From Dehalococcoidia bacterium (GTDB taxonomy: Bacteria > Chloroflexota > Dehalococcoidia > Plut-88900), in NCBI GenBank assembly GCA_965197585.1, contig OZ240215.1:256001-320000 (forward strand): a stretch of 64,000 bases of DNA, written 5' to 3'. Each line of letters opens with the position of its first letter. The first letter of the stretch is position 1. Made by a program: the position numbers and the translations under genes. This document shows positions 31,404-41,736 of this stretch, in pieces. The notes under the pieces were generated by a model. It made no database searches. It worked only from the letters and a program-made list of their open reading frames with translations, and was not told the DNA's origin.

Positions 31404-32719
31404 TCTGTCGGGAAGTTCCGGGAAAATGTCACCTCAATAAACCGCATGGACTGGATAGCCCACTACAATGAAAGCGCCGTGTCACCCGAGGAGGCCGTCC
31501 GCATCGTCAACTCCGGAGACCGAGTCTACTTAGACCCGGCAGTAAACAACTTTATCCCCAACGCTCTGGCCGCAAGGAGCACCGAGCTTTCAGACGTGAG
31601 GATAATGTTCCAGGGCCCCTTCGAGTACCAGGACTGGTTGGGTGGGGGATATCAGGACAGCTTCAATCTGGTCGCCCATTTCTATCTTGGCGCCTTCTCC
31701 CGTCCTGCCCACGACAAGAAGTTGATCGACTACTACCCCATGGTCCTCTCCCACGAGTTCAAACCGTACCATGAGAAGCGCGAGCCCCGATTCGTGGCAG
31801 ACGTCGCTATTGTTCGGATGTCTACCCCGAATGAACTTGGTTACTGCAGCTTCGGGGCGGGCATGTGGGACAACCGGAGTTGGGCCAAAGGCGCAAGGAA
31901 AGTCATCGCCCAGCACGATCCGACCTTCATACGCACCTACGGGGACAACTACATCCACCTTTCGGAAATCGACAGGTCGGTGCACTACACCCCACCCGAG
32001 ATCACCGTGGAAGAAGCGAGGGCGATCATAGATGGTGTGGAAGACGAGAAGGTGAAGTCGGAACTCCTCGGGTTCATACTCCATATGTCGGGAATCGAGC
32101 GCCAACAATGGGTGCCGAGCCTTTGTGACAAAAGCCTTGTTGAAGTGCGGGCGCTGGCTGGCGATTTCGGTTGGAGCAACCCTCCGCAAGCGGACAAGCC
32201 CTTCGCAGACCATGTGGCGGAAATCGTCCCTGATGGCAGCACCATCCAGATAGGAGTCGGAAGTCCGGGCCGGTATCTGGCCCGGCTGGGCGCCTTCGAC
32301 TCCAAGAAAGACCTGGGTTGGCACTCGGAGATGGCCACGCCCGGCGTCCTCGATCTCGTGCGGGATGGCATCCTGAACGGCAGCCGAAAGACCATTCACC
32401 GGGACAAGCTGGTCGGGACCAGCGTTGACGGCTCCAGCCCAAAGGAGATCGAGTGGGCCCACAACAACCCCCTCATAGAGCTCTACGACGCCGAATACGT
32501 GGTGAACATCCGCACCGTGTCCGCCCACGAAAACTACTACGCAATCAACAACGCCATATCCATCGACCTGACCGGTCAGATTAACTCAGAGACCATCGGG
32601 ACCCGGATGTGGAACGGGACCGGGGGCCAGACCGAGCTGCACATGGGAGCCGTTCTCTCGAAGGGTGGCATGGCCATCACCCTGCTTCGGTCAACTGCGG
32701 CCAGAGGCACGATATCTAG

Positions 32720-33914
32720 GAAACCTCTGAACAAGTATAGGGGCATAGGTAATAGTAAGATAAGGGGACTAACGCCAAAGCTGGGGAGAGATTTGATGGA
32801 GCAGCCCACATTTGCAGACTTGGAATACGAGGGCAAGAAGCGAAAGACCCGCCGGGAGATATTTCTGGAGCGGATGGAGGACCTGGTTCCATGGGGAAAG
32901 TTGGAGGAGCGAATCCGGCCCTACTATTCCAGGGCGGGCCGTGGACGGAGGCCCTACGAGTTATCCGTGATGCTGCGGATACACTGCGTGCAGTTGTTCT
33001 ACAACCTGAGCGATCCGGGCATGGAGGACATGCTCTACGAGGTGGAGTCGGTGAGGCGGTTCACAGGTCTGAGGCTGTCCGGCCCCTTGCCTGACGAGAC
33101 TACGATACTGAACTTCCGCCATCTGCTGGAAGAGCAGGAGTTGGGTCGGGGGCTGTTCGAGGAGATCAACCGTCATCTGGAGTCTCGGGGACTGAGGCTC
33201 AGGGAGGGTACGATTGTGGATGCGAGCATCATCGAGGCGCCGGCGTCTACGAAGAACCGTACTGGAGAGCGAGACCCCGATATGCACCAGGTGAAGAAGG
33301 GGAAGGAGTGGCACTTCGGGATGAAAGTGCACATTGGTGCAGACGCTGACACGGGGGTAGTGCACAGTATGAGTACGACAGCTGCGAACGTGCATGACGT
33401 GACGGAGGCGCACCGGCTGCTGCATGGAGGGGAGAGGCGAGTGTGGGGAGATGCGGGATATCAGGGAGTGGAGAAGCGGGCGGAGAATCGGGATATGGAT
33501 GTGGAGTGGCGGGTGGCGATGAGACCCGGACAGCGTCGGAAACTGAGGGCGGGGAGCTGCGAAGCCTTGGCGGAGAAGAGCAAATCATCCATCAGGGCTA
33601 AGGTGGAGCATCCGTTCCTGTACGTGAAACGGCACTTCGGCTACGCCAAGGTCCGCTACAGGGGCCTGTACAAGAACACGCAACGGGTGGCGATGCTGCT
33701 GGGGCTGGCCAACTTGGTAAGGGCCGAGCGCCACTTAGCGGTGTGACGGGGAAGCAGTGTGCCCAAATCCAGGTTGATGGTGACTGGATGCCCTGACAGG
33801 CCAGAACATAGGATGCAAATAAGCCTCCGGGACGCAACATTACGACCCAACCTCTCCTCAAAACTCCATGCAAGACAACTTAAGCTGGTTTACAGTGAGT
33901 TGTTCAGAGGTTCC
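32720..33914 (+). mobile_element. IS5-family insertion sequence (1195 bp)
   Basis: IRs GAAACCTCTGAACAA / TTGTTCAGAGGTTCC; CTAG target duplication at 32716-32719 and 33915-33918. Confidence 0.95.
32796..33746 (+). CDS. IS5 DDE transposase
   Basis: TIVDAS, GMKVHIG, GDAGYQG, IRAKVEHPF. Confidence 0.95.
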   Translation: MEQPTFADLEYEGKKRKTRREIFLERMEDLVPWGKLEERIRPYYSRAGRGRRPYELSVMLRIHCVQLFYNLSDPGMEDMLYEVESVRRFTGLRLSGPLPDETTILNFRHLLEEQELGRGLFEEINRHLESRGLRLREGTIVDASIIEAPASTKNRTGERDPDMHQVKKGKEWHFGMKVHIGADADTGVVHSMSTTAANVHDVTEAHRLLHGGERRVWGDAGYQGVEKRAENRDMDVEWRVAMRPGQRRKLRAGSCEALAEKSKSSIRAKVEHPFLYVKRHFGYAKVRYRGLYKNTQRVAMLLGLANLVRAERHLAV

Positions 33915-34195
33915 CTAGAATCGTCCCTCAACTCCCCGAGGGTGGGGTCGTCACCATACCTCGCACCTTCGCTGACACGATAGTCACTGAGTACGGCGTC
34001 GCCCGACTCCTCGGCAAGTCCCTGAGAGAACGGGCGGAGGAACTCATCTCCGTAGCCCACCCCGACTTCCGAAGCGACCTCCGTAAAGCCGCCCAAAAAC
34101 TCTTCTATCCTTGATATTGCCCCCCACGTATGAGAGACCCTCGGTTAAGCTAGGTCAAGCGAGCCTTTGCACTCCAGATGGAAGGAGAAGCGCCA

Positions 34196-35011
34196 ATGAG
34201 TTCTTCCGAGAAAAGCCTGATAGACGCCAACCCGGAGCCATTCAGAATGAACCTCGAGTTCTACGACGATATCCGAACAAGGGTTTTCGAGCGCAAGCTG
34301 CTGCAAAGATCAATAATTCCACCTGACAATGGGAGAGGATTCAGGGTAGACAAGGGTCAAACTTTTAGAATCATCCAGGAAGAAGGACCACAAGTTGTAG
34401 ACGTATGTCTCTGGAACGCCGACTGTCCTCAGCGGGAGTCGCTAAGCCTGAATCGCACCCTTCTTGCAGATGGGTTGTTCATCACGACCAATGCCAGGCT
34501 TTGGTCCGACCTCCCCATGTATCGACCCATTGCCACCTGTATCGCGGACACAGTGGAAACCGGCCCGGCCGACGAGGGATGGCACGCGCATTTCTCGGGG
34601 AGTCATTGCGCTTCAGAGGTCTGGGAGCTGACGTTCGGCGTGCCCGGTTTAAACGGATGTCACCTCAATCTTTTGCAGGGCGCGGAATCTATGGGCCTTA
34701 CCGAGGAAGACGTAATCGGCGACAACATCAACCTCTTCATGAAGATGCGCATTGATGGTTTGACGGGCCGTCGATACTTCAGCAAGACCGACGCGAAGAA
34801 AGGCGACCACATAGAGTTTTACGCAGAAATCGACCTGCTGATATCCGTCTCAGTCTGCCCCGACGGCGATAGCAGCTTGATCCCCGAAACTTTCCACAAG
34901 CTCCCAATCGCCGTCGAAATCTATGAAACAGGCATTACTCCAAAGGAGTTCGCAAAGTGGACGGATTGGCGCCCCGACTGGAAGGGAAGCTGGGAAGCGT
35001 CCAGAGCATAG
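34196..35011 (+). CDS. DUF1989 / urea-carboxylase-associated family protein
   Basis: GPQVVDVCLWN, CHLNL, INLFM, SVCPDGD. Confidence 0.82.
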   Translation: MSSSEKSLIDANPEPFRMNLEFYDDIRTRVFERKLLQRSIIPPDNGRGFRVDKGQTFRIIQEEGPQVVDVCLWNADCPQRESLSLNRTLLADGLFITTNARLWSDLPMYRPIATCIADTVETGPADEGWHAHFSGSHCASEVWELTFGVPGLNGCHLNLLQGAESMGLTEEDVIGDNINLFMKMRIDGLTGRRYFSKTDAKKGDHIEFYAEIDLLISVSVCPDGDSSLIPETFHKLPIAVEIYETGITPKEFAKWTDWRPDWKGSWEASRA

Positions 35012-36188
35012 TGCTCTTCGGTAGGCCAAGCAACACCGTAGCCGGGACGTTCCGGCGGGTGGTGTCAATTTGGATCATGGTCAGAGGCATAGCCCCTTGA
35101 TCCCTACCCCCGACATCCTCGAAAACCATTTCATCGTAGGGTGAGCCCTCGTCCTTAAGCGCCGTCAGAGAGACTTGTATTCCCCGACCCACGATCTTCG
35201 CCATCATCTCCACGAACCCGAACATCGCCCTGTGTATCTCTACGGATGCCTTCTCCACCTCGAACAGACGCCTGCGGGTTATCCGTAAGATGTGCTTGCC
35301 CGGCGAGGGAGACGTAAGCTCCGCCTCGTCCCCGGCCATGTCCGTGAGATGCTTCATGAAGGTGGCCAGTGCACCGGCATCCGAGCCCTTGATACCCAGC
35401 TCATCTAGCAACCGTCTGCCGTATTGGATGGCAATGCCCCGATAAGATTTCTCTACAATCCCGACAACCGTGGGGGCGTCCAGAACTTCGACGAGGGACA
35501 ATATGCTCACCTCCACGTACCCCCGCCCGAAATTGCGCTTGGACTTGGCTATCCGGTCCGGGGGCCAGACCTCGGGATCGAGCTTCGGTGCAGTCTCGGG
35601 GTCAAACGGCGGCATGGTTTCAGAAGGGTCGAACCTGAAGCGCTCCTCCTCCGTGAGTTCATGGTCGTACTCCAGGAAGTAGCCTTCGGCGTAGGGCTCA
35701 CCGTCCGCGAAACCTCTGCACAGAACGAAGCCCAGGCGGGGTTTGTTAAGCCGGACTCCGTTGTAAGGATGCCAGCCTTCGAACGGCGCCCGACCCACGC
35801 TCGGCGGATTGGCGAGCCACCCCGTCCCGTCAGGCACATAGGGTCCGTTATACCGGATCCACGCCTTCTTGGGAGACTCCACCACCATCTCCAAATCGAT
35901 CCCTCCCAGGCCGTTGGAGAAATAGTGGTATTTCGCCGCAACTACCGCCGCAGGTTCCTTGTCTGGGTCGATTCCCAGCTTCTTCAGCCCGTCGATGAAG
36001 TGGCCTTGGGAATGCCTGTTAAGCATAGTAAAACGCCACTTCACAACCGCCTCTTCTCCATGCTTAAAGAGCGTAACTACCGTCATCCCCCCGACCCAAA
36101 GCCAGTACAGCCGGGAGATAAAGTCACACTGGCCCTCTAATGACCACTTATCGGGGGACATCGTAGCGTCGGCTGCCATCAGTTCCAT
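34935..36188 (-). CDS. Hypothetical protein at the end of the CoA-transferase operon
   Basis: Long ORF with SD, co-oriented with the operon; 3' end overlaps the convergent gene. Confidence 0.75.
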   Translation of the reverse strand: MELMAADATMSPDKWSLEGQCDFISRLYWLWVGGMTVVTLFKHGEEAVVKWRFTMLNRHSQGHFIDGLKKLGIDPDKEPAAVVAAKYHYFSNGLGGIDLEMVVESPKKAWIRYNGPYVPDGTGWLANPPSVGRAPFEGWHPYNGVRLNKPRLGFVLCRGFADGEPYAEGYFLEYDHELTEEERFRFDPSETMPPFDPETAPKLDPEVWPPDRIAKSKRNFGRGYVEVSILSLVEVLDAPTVVGIVEKSYRGIAIQYGRRLLDELGIKGSDAGALATFMKHLTDMAGDEAELTSPSPGKHILRITRRRLFEVEKASVEIHRAMFGFVEMMAKIVGRGIQVSLTALKDEGSPYDEMVFEDVGGRDQGAMPLTMIQIDTTRRNVPATVLLGLPKSTMLWTLPSFPSSRGANPSTLRTPLE

Positions 36189-36312
36189 CTCCTTCGGAGA
36201 ACACTTGCTTTAGTCTGTACGCAGAGGGTGGAGAGAAAAGCCAGATTTCAAGCGCGCTTGTCTCACCTTAACTTTTAGGTGCGGAAGCCTCGCCCCTCTC
36301 GGTGCGGTGCCA

Positions 36313-37599
36313 CTAGACCGGCGGCCTGGTGACCATCAGCCCCGCTTCCGCCAACAGGTCTGCATGTGCCGTCCCCATGCTCAGCAGGTCTGTAACCACA
36401 TACCCGTTGTGCTCGCCCAGCGTGGGTGCAGGCCTGTGCAGCACTATTGGTGTCCTGGAAAGCTGGATTGGGGCCCCTAGAAATTGCATGGTTTCAGCCT
36501 TGGAGAGAGGTACGTCCCATATGTAGCCCCGCTCCCTCAGATGAGGGTCTTCCGCCACGTCCTGGTTCGTAAACACCGCTCCGGCAGCTATCCCCCTCGA
36601 CTGAAGAGAATGCATCACTTCTTTATAGTCCTTGTCGGCTGTCCACAGGGAGATGTTGGCATCCAGCTCCTCCCAGTTGTCCCGACGCCCTTCCTGGTCC
36701 GCAAACTTCTCGCTTCGCGTCCACTCGGGACTGCCTACGACTTCGCAAAATAACGTCCATTCCTCGTCGTTCGCCACCGAGATTGCCACCCACTTGTCGT
36801 CTCCCCTGCACCTGTAGCACCCGTTTGGAGCAAAAACGAGATGCCTGTTTCCCATCCTCTCCGGCTCCTCCCTGTTCATGCTGTAGGCCATTAAGTGCTC
36901 GCCTATCAGCCCTATCATGGATTCGCTTTGAGAGAGGTCTACATATTGCCCTTTGCCTGTACGCCTCCGGTGAAAGAGTGCTGTGACCATGGCCGAAGCC
37001 GCATGTACGCCGGCGCTCGGATCGGCGTACGCCTCGCCATGCCGCATGGGCCCCGTTCCCGCGTACCCCATCAAGTGTGTGATCCCTGCGTTCGGTTCTA
37101 TATCGCTTCCGTAGCTCACGAAGTGCCCCTGGGGCCCATACGTCCCGAAACCCGGCATTGAGACCATGATTATGGATGGGTTCAGTTTCTTGAGGGAGGG
37201 ATAGTCAAATCCGAAGTTCCTCATTACCCTCGCGCTGTAGTTCTCCAGGACCACGTCAGAGATGAGGACCAGGTTGCGGAATATCTCCTTGCACTCCTCC
37301 GAGGTCAGGTCCAGGGTCAGGCTCAGTTTGTTGCGGTGGTATTCGTTGAAGGGCGCATAGCGATTGTAAGGTTCATCGCCGGGGTCGTTGTTGGGATAAG
37401 GGGCATGAACTACCCGCATGTATTTCAAGGGTTGGGGAGGGTCCACGTTGGCCGGCCCCCGACCCGCCGGAGCCTCGATCTTGATTACCTCAGCCCCGAA
37501 GTCTGCCAGGAAACGGCCCCCGATTGGGCCTGCCCAGCCCCGGGTCAGGTCCAGGACCCGCACACCCTTTAGAGACGATTGTTTTGATGCGTCCTTCAT
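36313..37599 (-). CDS. CoA-transferase family III (CaiB/BaiF)
   Basis: VLDLT..WAGP, HRNKLSLTLDL, GFGTYGP. Confidence 0.93.
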   Translation of the reverse strand: MKDASKQSSLKGVRVLDLTRGWAGPIGGRFLADFGAEVIKIEAPAGRGPANVDPPQPLKYMRVVHAPYPNNDPGDEPYNRYAPFNEYHRNKLSLTLDLTSEECKEIFRNLVLISDVVLENYSARVMRNFGFDYPSLKKLNPSIIMVSMPGFGTYGPQGHFVSYGSDIEPNAGITHLMGYAGTGPMRHGEAYADPSAGVHAASAMVTALFHRRRTGKGQYVDLSQSESMIGLIGEHLMAYSMNREEPERMGNRHLVFAPNGCYRCRGDDKWVAISVANDEEWTLFCEVVGSPEWTRSEKFADQEGRRDNWEELDANISLWTADKDYKEVMHSLQSRGIAAGAVFTNQDVAEDPHLRERGYIWDVPLSKAETMQFLGAPIQLSRTPIVLHRPAPTLGEHNGYVVTDLLSMGTAHADLLAEAGLMVTRPPV

Positions 37600-37630
37600 A
37601 TATGGTATGGCTCTTTCCGCCTCTGACGGA

Positions 37631-38842
37631 TTAAATTACTTTCGCTTCCCTCAGTCGAGCCATCTCCTTCGGACTCAAGCCCAGGTTGTTCACGTAGATA
37701 TCCTCATTATGCTCTCCGAGAAGCGGAGCCCGACTCAGTTGAAAGGGCGTATCGGTCATCTTGAACGGAGCGCCGGGATAGGTCTGCCGCCCCGCGTGTG
37801 GATGTTCGACGTCCACCCAGAAGTCCCTTGCGGCCAGCTGGACGTCGCTCATCAGTTGCTCACAGTTGTTGAGCCTCCCTGACGGTATCCTCAACTCTTG
37901 GGCTCGCCTGACTATTTCGTCGGCAGTGTGTTCCATTAACCACGGCAGCAGGATATCGTCAAATTCATCCGCGATGTTCCAGCGGTCGTGACGGTCTGCA
38001 TATCTGGGCTCATCCAGCAGGTCGGGCCTCTCTATCAAGAGCATCAGGTTGTCGTACTGGTCGGGTGTGGCTATGCTGATCGAAACATATCCGTCCATGC
38101 ATGGATACAACGCCAGGGGATGTATCCCGACCGGATGGCGGTTGCCTGCTCTTTCATTCTGAATGCCCACGTGAGTCCAGACCACTATGGCGAATTCATG
38201 GAAATAGGCCATTGCCTCCATCACGGAAACGTCGATGTACTGCCCCTCCCCGCTCTCCTCCCGCCAGTAAAGCGCTGCGGCAATTGCATTGTAAGCTTGC
38301 ACCGCAGTCTCGTATTCCGGGATATGGCCGCTGCCCGTTAACGGTTCCCTGTCGGGCTCGCCGTTCATATACATCAGCCCCGTGACTGCGTAGCTGATCA
38401 TCGAGTTAGCTTTGTAGTCCCGATAAGGGCCCGTCTGCCCGAAACCCGTGATCGAGGTCATCACTAGACCCGGGTTGATGCCTTCCAAGGTGCCATAGCC
38501 CAGCCCCATCTCAGCCATCGACCCGGGCGGTAAGTCCTCCACTACCACGTCCGCCTTTGCAATCAGTTTCTTGAAAGTCTCCACACCCGAGGCGGTTTTG
38601 AGGTCGAGAGTAATGCTCTTCTTGCCCGTGTTCAGGTACAAGAAGGGAGCGCTGGTCTCCTGGTGGGGAACGTGGTCAAGGAAAGGGCCCGTCCTCCTGA
38701 AGCTATCGCCTCCGGAAGGGTTCTCTATCTTGATAACCTCCGCCCCGAATGAGGCCATCATCTTGGTGCAATAGGGAGCGGCCAACCCCTGACCCAGTTC
38801 CAGCACCTTTATCCCGTCCAGCGCCCCTTGAGTACTTGTCAT
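37631..38842 (-). CDS. CoA-transferase family III, partner subunit
   Basis: GAEVIKIENP.GD, NTGKKSITLDL, GFGQTGPY. Confidence 0.93.
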   Translation of the reverse strand: MTSTQGALDGIKVLELGQGLAAPYCTKMMASFGAEVIKIENPSGGDSFRRTGPFLDHVPHQETSAPFLYLNTGKKSITLDLKTASGVETFKKLIAKADVVVEDLPPGSMAEMGLGYGTLEGINPGLVMTSITGFGQTGPYRDYKANSMISYAVTGLMYMNGEPDREPLTGSGHIPEYETAVQAYNAIAAALYWREESGEGQYIDVSVMEAMAYFHEFAIVVWTHVGIQNERAGNRHPVGIHPLALYPCMDGYVSISIATPDQYDNLMLLIERPDLLDEPRYADRHDRWNIADEFDDILLPWLMEHTADEIVRRAQELRIPSGRLNNCEQLMSDVQLAARDFWVDVEHPHAGRQTYPGAPFKMTDTPFQLSRAPLLGEHNEDIYVNNLGLSPKEMARLREAKVI

Positions 38843-38849
38843 AATGCCT

Positions 38850-39290
38850 TCAGTTAACGGGGACGCTGGCCTTGCCCACTATCACCTTGTCCCCATCCTG
38901 ATTTTCCAGCCAGATGTCCAAATATACGTGGTCGGCAGCATCCCCTTCCGCCGGGTCTCTGACGACACCCTTGGCCGTTAGCTCATCTCCCCCGCAAACC
39001 CAGTTGATGAAAGTGCAAGATAAGTTGCCGCCTTTGAGCCAACGCTCACCAAATGAATTAAAGAGCATTTCCCAGCCCACCCTCATAGTGTCGACGCCCC
39101 CGGCCACGACATCCCGTGCCCCGAGCGAGTGGGCGGTTTCAGTGTCGTTATGAATGTTCTTTCCCGCGAACGATTGTCCCCACAGCGACTCCCTCCCCCT
39201 GCTGTTGGATATTATGTCCTCGGCTGAAATCTTCCTGGTCAATGAAGGGAGGCTAAACCCCGGTACCAACTCCCCCGCTGCGACTGTCAT
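38850..39290 (-). CDS. MaoC-like hotdog-fold dehydratase subunit
   Basis: NIHND..A...G...VVAGG. Confidence 0.8.
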   Translation of the reverse strand: MTVAAGELVPGFSLPSLTRKISAEDIISNSRGRESLWGQSFAGKNIHNDTETAHSLGARDVVAGGVDTMRVGWEMLFNSFGERWLKGGNLSCTFINWVCGGDELTAKGVVRDPAEGDAADHVYLDIWLENQDGDKVIVGKASVPVN

Positions 39291-39354
39291 ACTTTATCCC
39301 TTTCCTTTCGACGCCCATTCCAATAAGACTAACGCTCACTTTTTGTGGCATGCG

Positions 39355-39756
39355 TCATAGGCTTAAGAGCAGCGTATTCTTGCTTTTGACTATCTCCCGC
39401 CCGTCCTCGTCGCAAGTGGTCGTTTCAAATACCAGGAAGTCCTTGCCCCTCTTGATGAATTTGTCGGAGACCGCTCCGGTTACGATCAGATCCTTGCCGA
39501 TCATGGGTGGGTTGATGTAATGATTTTCGGCCTTGGTGTGGATGGCGTCCCCCACGTTGTATTGGATCATGAATGCTAGGGAATAGTCGTTGTCCGTAAG
39601 GGCGCTCGGTGCGATAGGGCTGTCCCCTGAATACCGAGAACTGCTCAGCATCTCCTTGGAGGCGGCAAACGCCACCATCTCCCGGGTCACCCTGTAACGA
39701 TAGGGCCCTATCGTTTCCCCCACCTGCGCATCTTCCAACTTAAGCTTTTCTGCCAT
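39355..39756 (-). CDS. MaoC-like hotdog-fold partner subunit
   Basis: DKFIKRGKDFLVFET..DEDGREI. Confidence 0.75.
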   Translation of the reverse strand: MAEKLKLEDAQVGETIGPYRYRVTREMVAFAASKEMLSSSRYSGDSPIAPSALTDNDYSLAFMIQYNVGDAIHTKAENHYINPPMIGKDLIVTGAVSDKFIKRGKDFLVFETTTCDEDGREIVKSKNTLLLSL

Positions 39757-40020
39757 AAAACATCCTTTGCAGCTATCTTGCTCGCCTGATTATCCACTAA
39801 GCGCTCTTACCTGGCATCGGTCGGTCTTGTACGACTCATTTTGTCGTAACTCTACCGTCCAGTCTCCATCCCTGCATACAGGTCTTGTACTGGGTGACAT
39901 CTGCGTTCCCGATGTCGATCAAAGGGCGACGGTACTAGACTCGACACACGGGTCGCTCTCCATCTGGCAAAGTTGACCGAAGTTGGGGCAGGGAATGACC
40001 CTACTTGGCCTTTGCCCCAT

Positions 40021-40071
40021 AAAAAGAAAGCGGTGAGGCCGGGCGACATTCTCATGACACCCGACCTCACC
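40021..40071 (-). terminator. Probable intrinsic terminator after the SBP gene
   Basis: GGTGAGG..CCTCACC hairpin followed on the minus strand by GCTTTCTTTTT. Confidence 0.6.
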
Positions 40072-40108
40072 AATTCTACTAATGACCTAAGACCAGCTCT
40101 CTACAGCT

Positions 40109-41542
40109 TTAGCTACCCGTAGTTTGCCAGGTGACGTAACGCTCAGTTTGCTCGGCGGTGACGCCGGTCTGCCATACTTCGTCCACTAGCCAGCCGTATT
40201 GGGCGTTAGCGGGTGAGGTGGGCAGGAACTGCCGCGCTTCGTCGAATTCCGGACCGGCAAGAAGCTCCCAGGATGCCTGGTTGATGGGGGAGTACTGGAT
40301 GTAGCGGGAAATCTGGTTGTTTATCTCCGGGAAGGAGAGGTATGCCATGATGAGCTGGGTAAGCTCAAACTTCTCCGGCTCGGCATCTCTCAAGCCGATG
40401 GGAATCACTTGGGCGAATGTGGTCATGAGGTGCCCGGCTTCCCAGGACATCTGCAGAGGATCGCCGTTAAGGATGGCTGCTCCGAAACGGCCATTGCCCG
40501 TGAGGCACATGTCCACCTCGCCTACGATCAGGAAGGTGGGGCAGTCGGAGGATCCGGCGGCATAGACGTTGATATGGGGCTTCAGCTCGTCCAGGTACGT
40601 GTAGGCTTCATCGATCTGTTCGAGGCTAAGGGTGCCGTCGGTTGTGCCTATGTGCTCGGGGTTTTCGCTCCAGTAGGCGGCCGTCACATAGCGCAGCCAC
40701 GTCCATCCACGACTGTCCAGAGCGCGGACGCCGGGGAAGGTCTCCACGTCAAAGAAGTCCTTCATGGACTTGGGCCGAGTCTCTTCGGTGTAAGTGTTCG
40801 TGCTGTATGCCAGCGGTTCGGAGGCTATTCCTCCTACGCCGGCGAAGTAGGCGTGGTCCCTCAGGATACCCGCAAAGCTCCGGTTGTCGACCACGCTCTT
40901 GTCCAGGGGTTCCAGGAGCCCGATCTCACCAAGTTCGGCGAAGACCGGAGTAGTCCCCAGGGCGAAGGTCCAGTCGAAGTTGCCGGTCTCGGCTATCAGT
41001 CGCAGCTTCGTATTCGGGTTGGTAGTCCCGTCCGCAATTACTTCAATGCCAAACTGTTCAGCAATGGGATCGAAATATGCCACTTGCTCTGCGGAAGTAT
41101 AGGCGCCGCCCCAAGTTCCGTAGGTTATGGTCTGGCCTCTGTAATTTTCCAGTTCCGCCTCTATCTCCTCGCGCGTCGCTGGATTTTCTATTGTCCAATC
41201 AGACGGGGGCCTTATAAGGCTCTCAGGCTCGGGCATCGCAGTGGGTTCCGGCATGGCGGTGGGCTCGGGCATTGCCGTGGGAACAGGTGTCGCCGTGGGC
41301 AACGGTGCCTCACCGGCGGCGGGGCCCTGTGGGCCTTGCGGGCCGGCGGGTCCGGCATCGCCTGTGGCGCCGGCTGCGCCGGCAACTCCGGAGGGACCGG
41401 CAGGACCTGGAGGGCCGGCAGGACCTGCACAGGCCGCTGCCACCAGTAGGACTATCAGCAGAATGCCCATAACCCCCAGGATGACGCGGCCCCTTGTCAT
41501 TTTCTTAGCTGTTTTTCCGATCTTGACCATTTTTCCTCCCAT
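40109..41542 (-). CDS. PotD-like substrate-binding lipoprotein with collagen-like stalk
   Basis: Lipobox VAAAC, 12 Gly-X-Y triplets, 3x PTAMPE, WGGAY, FFDVETFPGVRAL. Confidence 0.88.
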   Translation of the reverse strand: MGGKMVKIGKTAKKMTRGRVILGVMGILLIVLLVAAACAGPAGPPGPAGPSGVAGAAGATGDAGPAGPQGPQGPAAGEAPLPTATPVPTAMPEPTAMPEPTAMPEPESLIRPPSDWTIENPATREEIEAELENYRGQTITYGTWGGAYTSAEQVAYFDPIAEQFGIEVIADGTTNPNTKLRLIAETGNFDWTFALGTTPVFAELGEIGLLEPLDKSVVDNRSFAGILRDHAYFAGVGGIASEPLAYSTNTYTEETRPKSMKDFFDVETFPGVRALDSRGWTWLRYVTAAYWSENPEHIGTTDGTLSLEQIDEAYTYLDELKPHINVYAAGSSDCPTFLIVGEVDMCLTGNGRFGAAILNGDPLQMSWEAGHLMTTFAQVIPIGLRDAEPEKFELTQLIMAYLSFPEINNQISRYIQYSPINQASWELLAGPEFDEARQFLPTSPANAQYGWLVDEVWQTGVTAEQTERYVTWQTTGS

Positions 41543-41736
41543 ATCCTAAAAAGCGCCTCTTCTGTGGGCGCAAGTTCGAATTCTAGGTGTCCTAGGTTAA
41601 CCCGTCAAGCCTGTCAGAAGCGGGGCGCCACTCTCATCACCTTGGCAATACTGTTGACGCAACTTCCTTTTGACATTACCTTTGTACAATCAAACGGTAT
41701 ACTCCACATTCTTTGGAACAACTCAGGAGATGAATT

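Larger units (their letters stand above)
31446..34114 (+). pseudogene. Acetyl-CoA hydrolase / 4-hydroxybutyrate CoA-transferase interrupted by IS5
   Basis: IQIGVG, HSEM, GTGGQ; removing the IS and one CTAG restores ...ISRIVPQL...VTEYGVA...AHPDFR...FYP*. Confidence 0.93.

Noticed and set aside
31446-33746. Evolved 766-aa enzyme-transposase protein
   Set aside because: Explained by an IS5 insertion with IRs and CTAG duplication.
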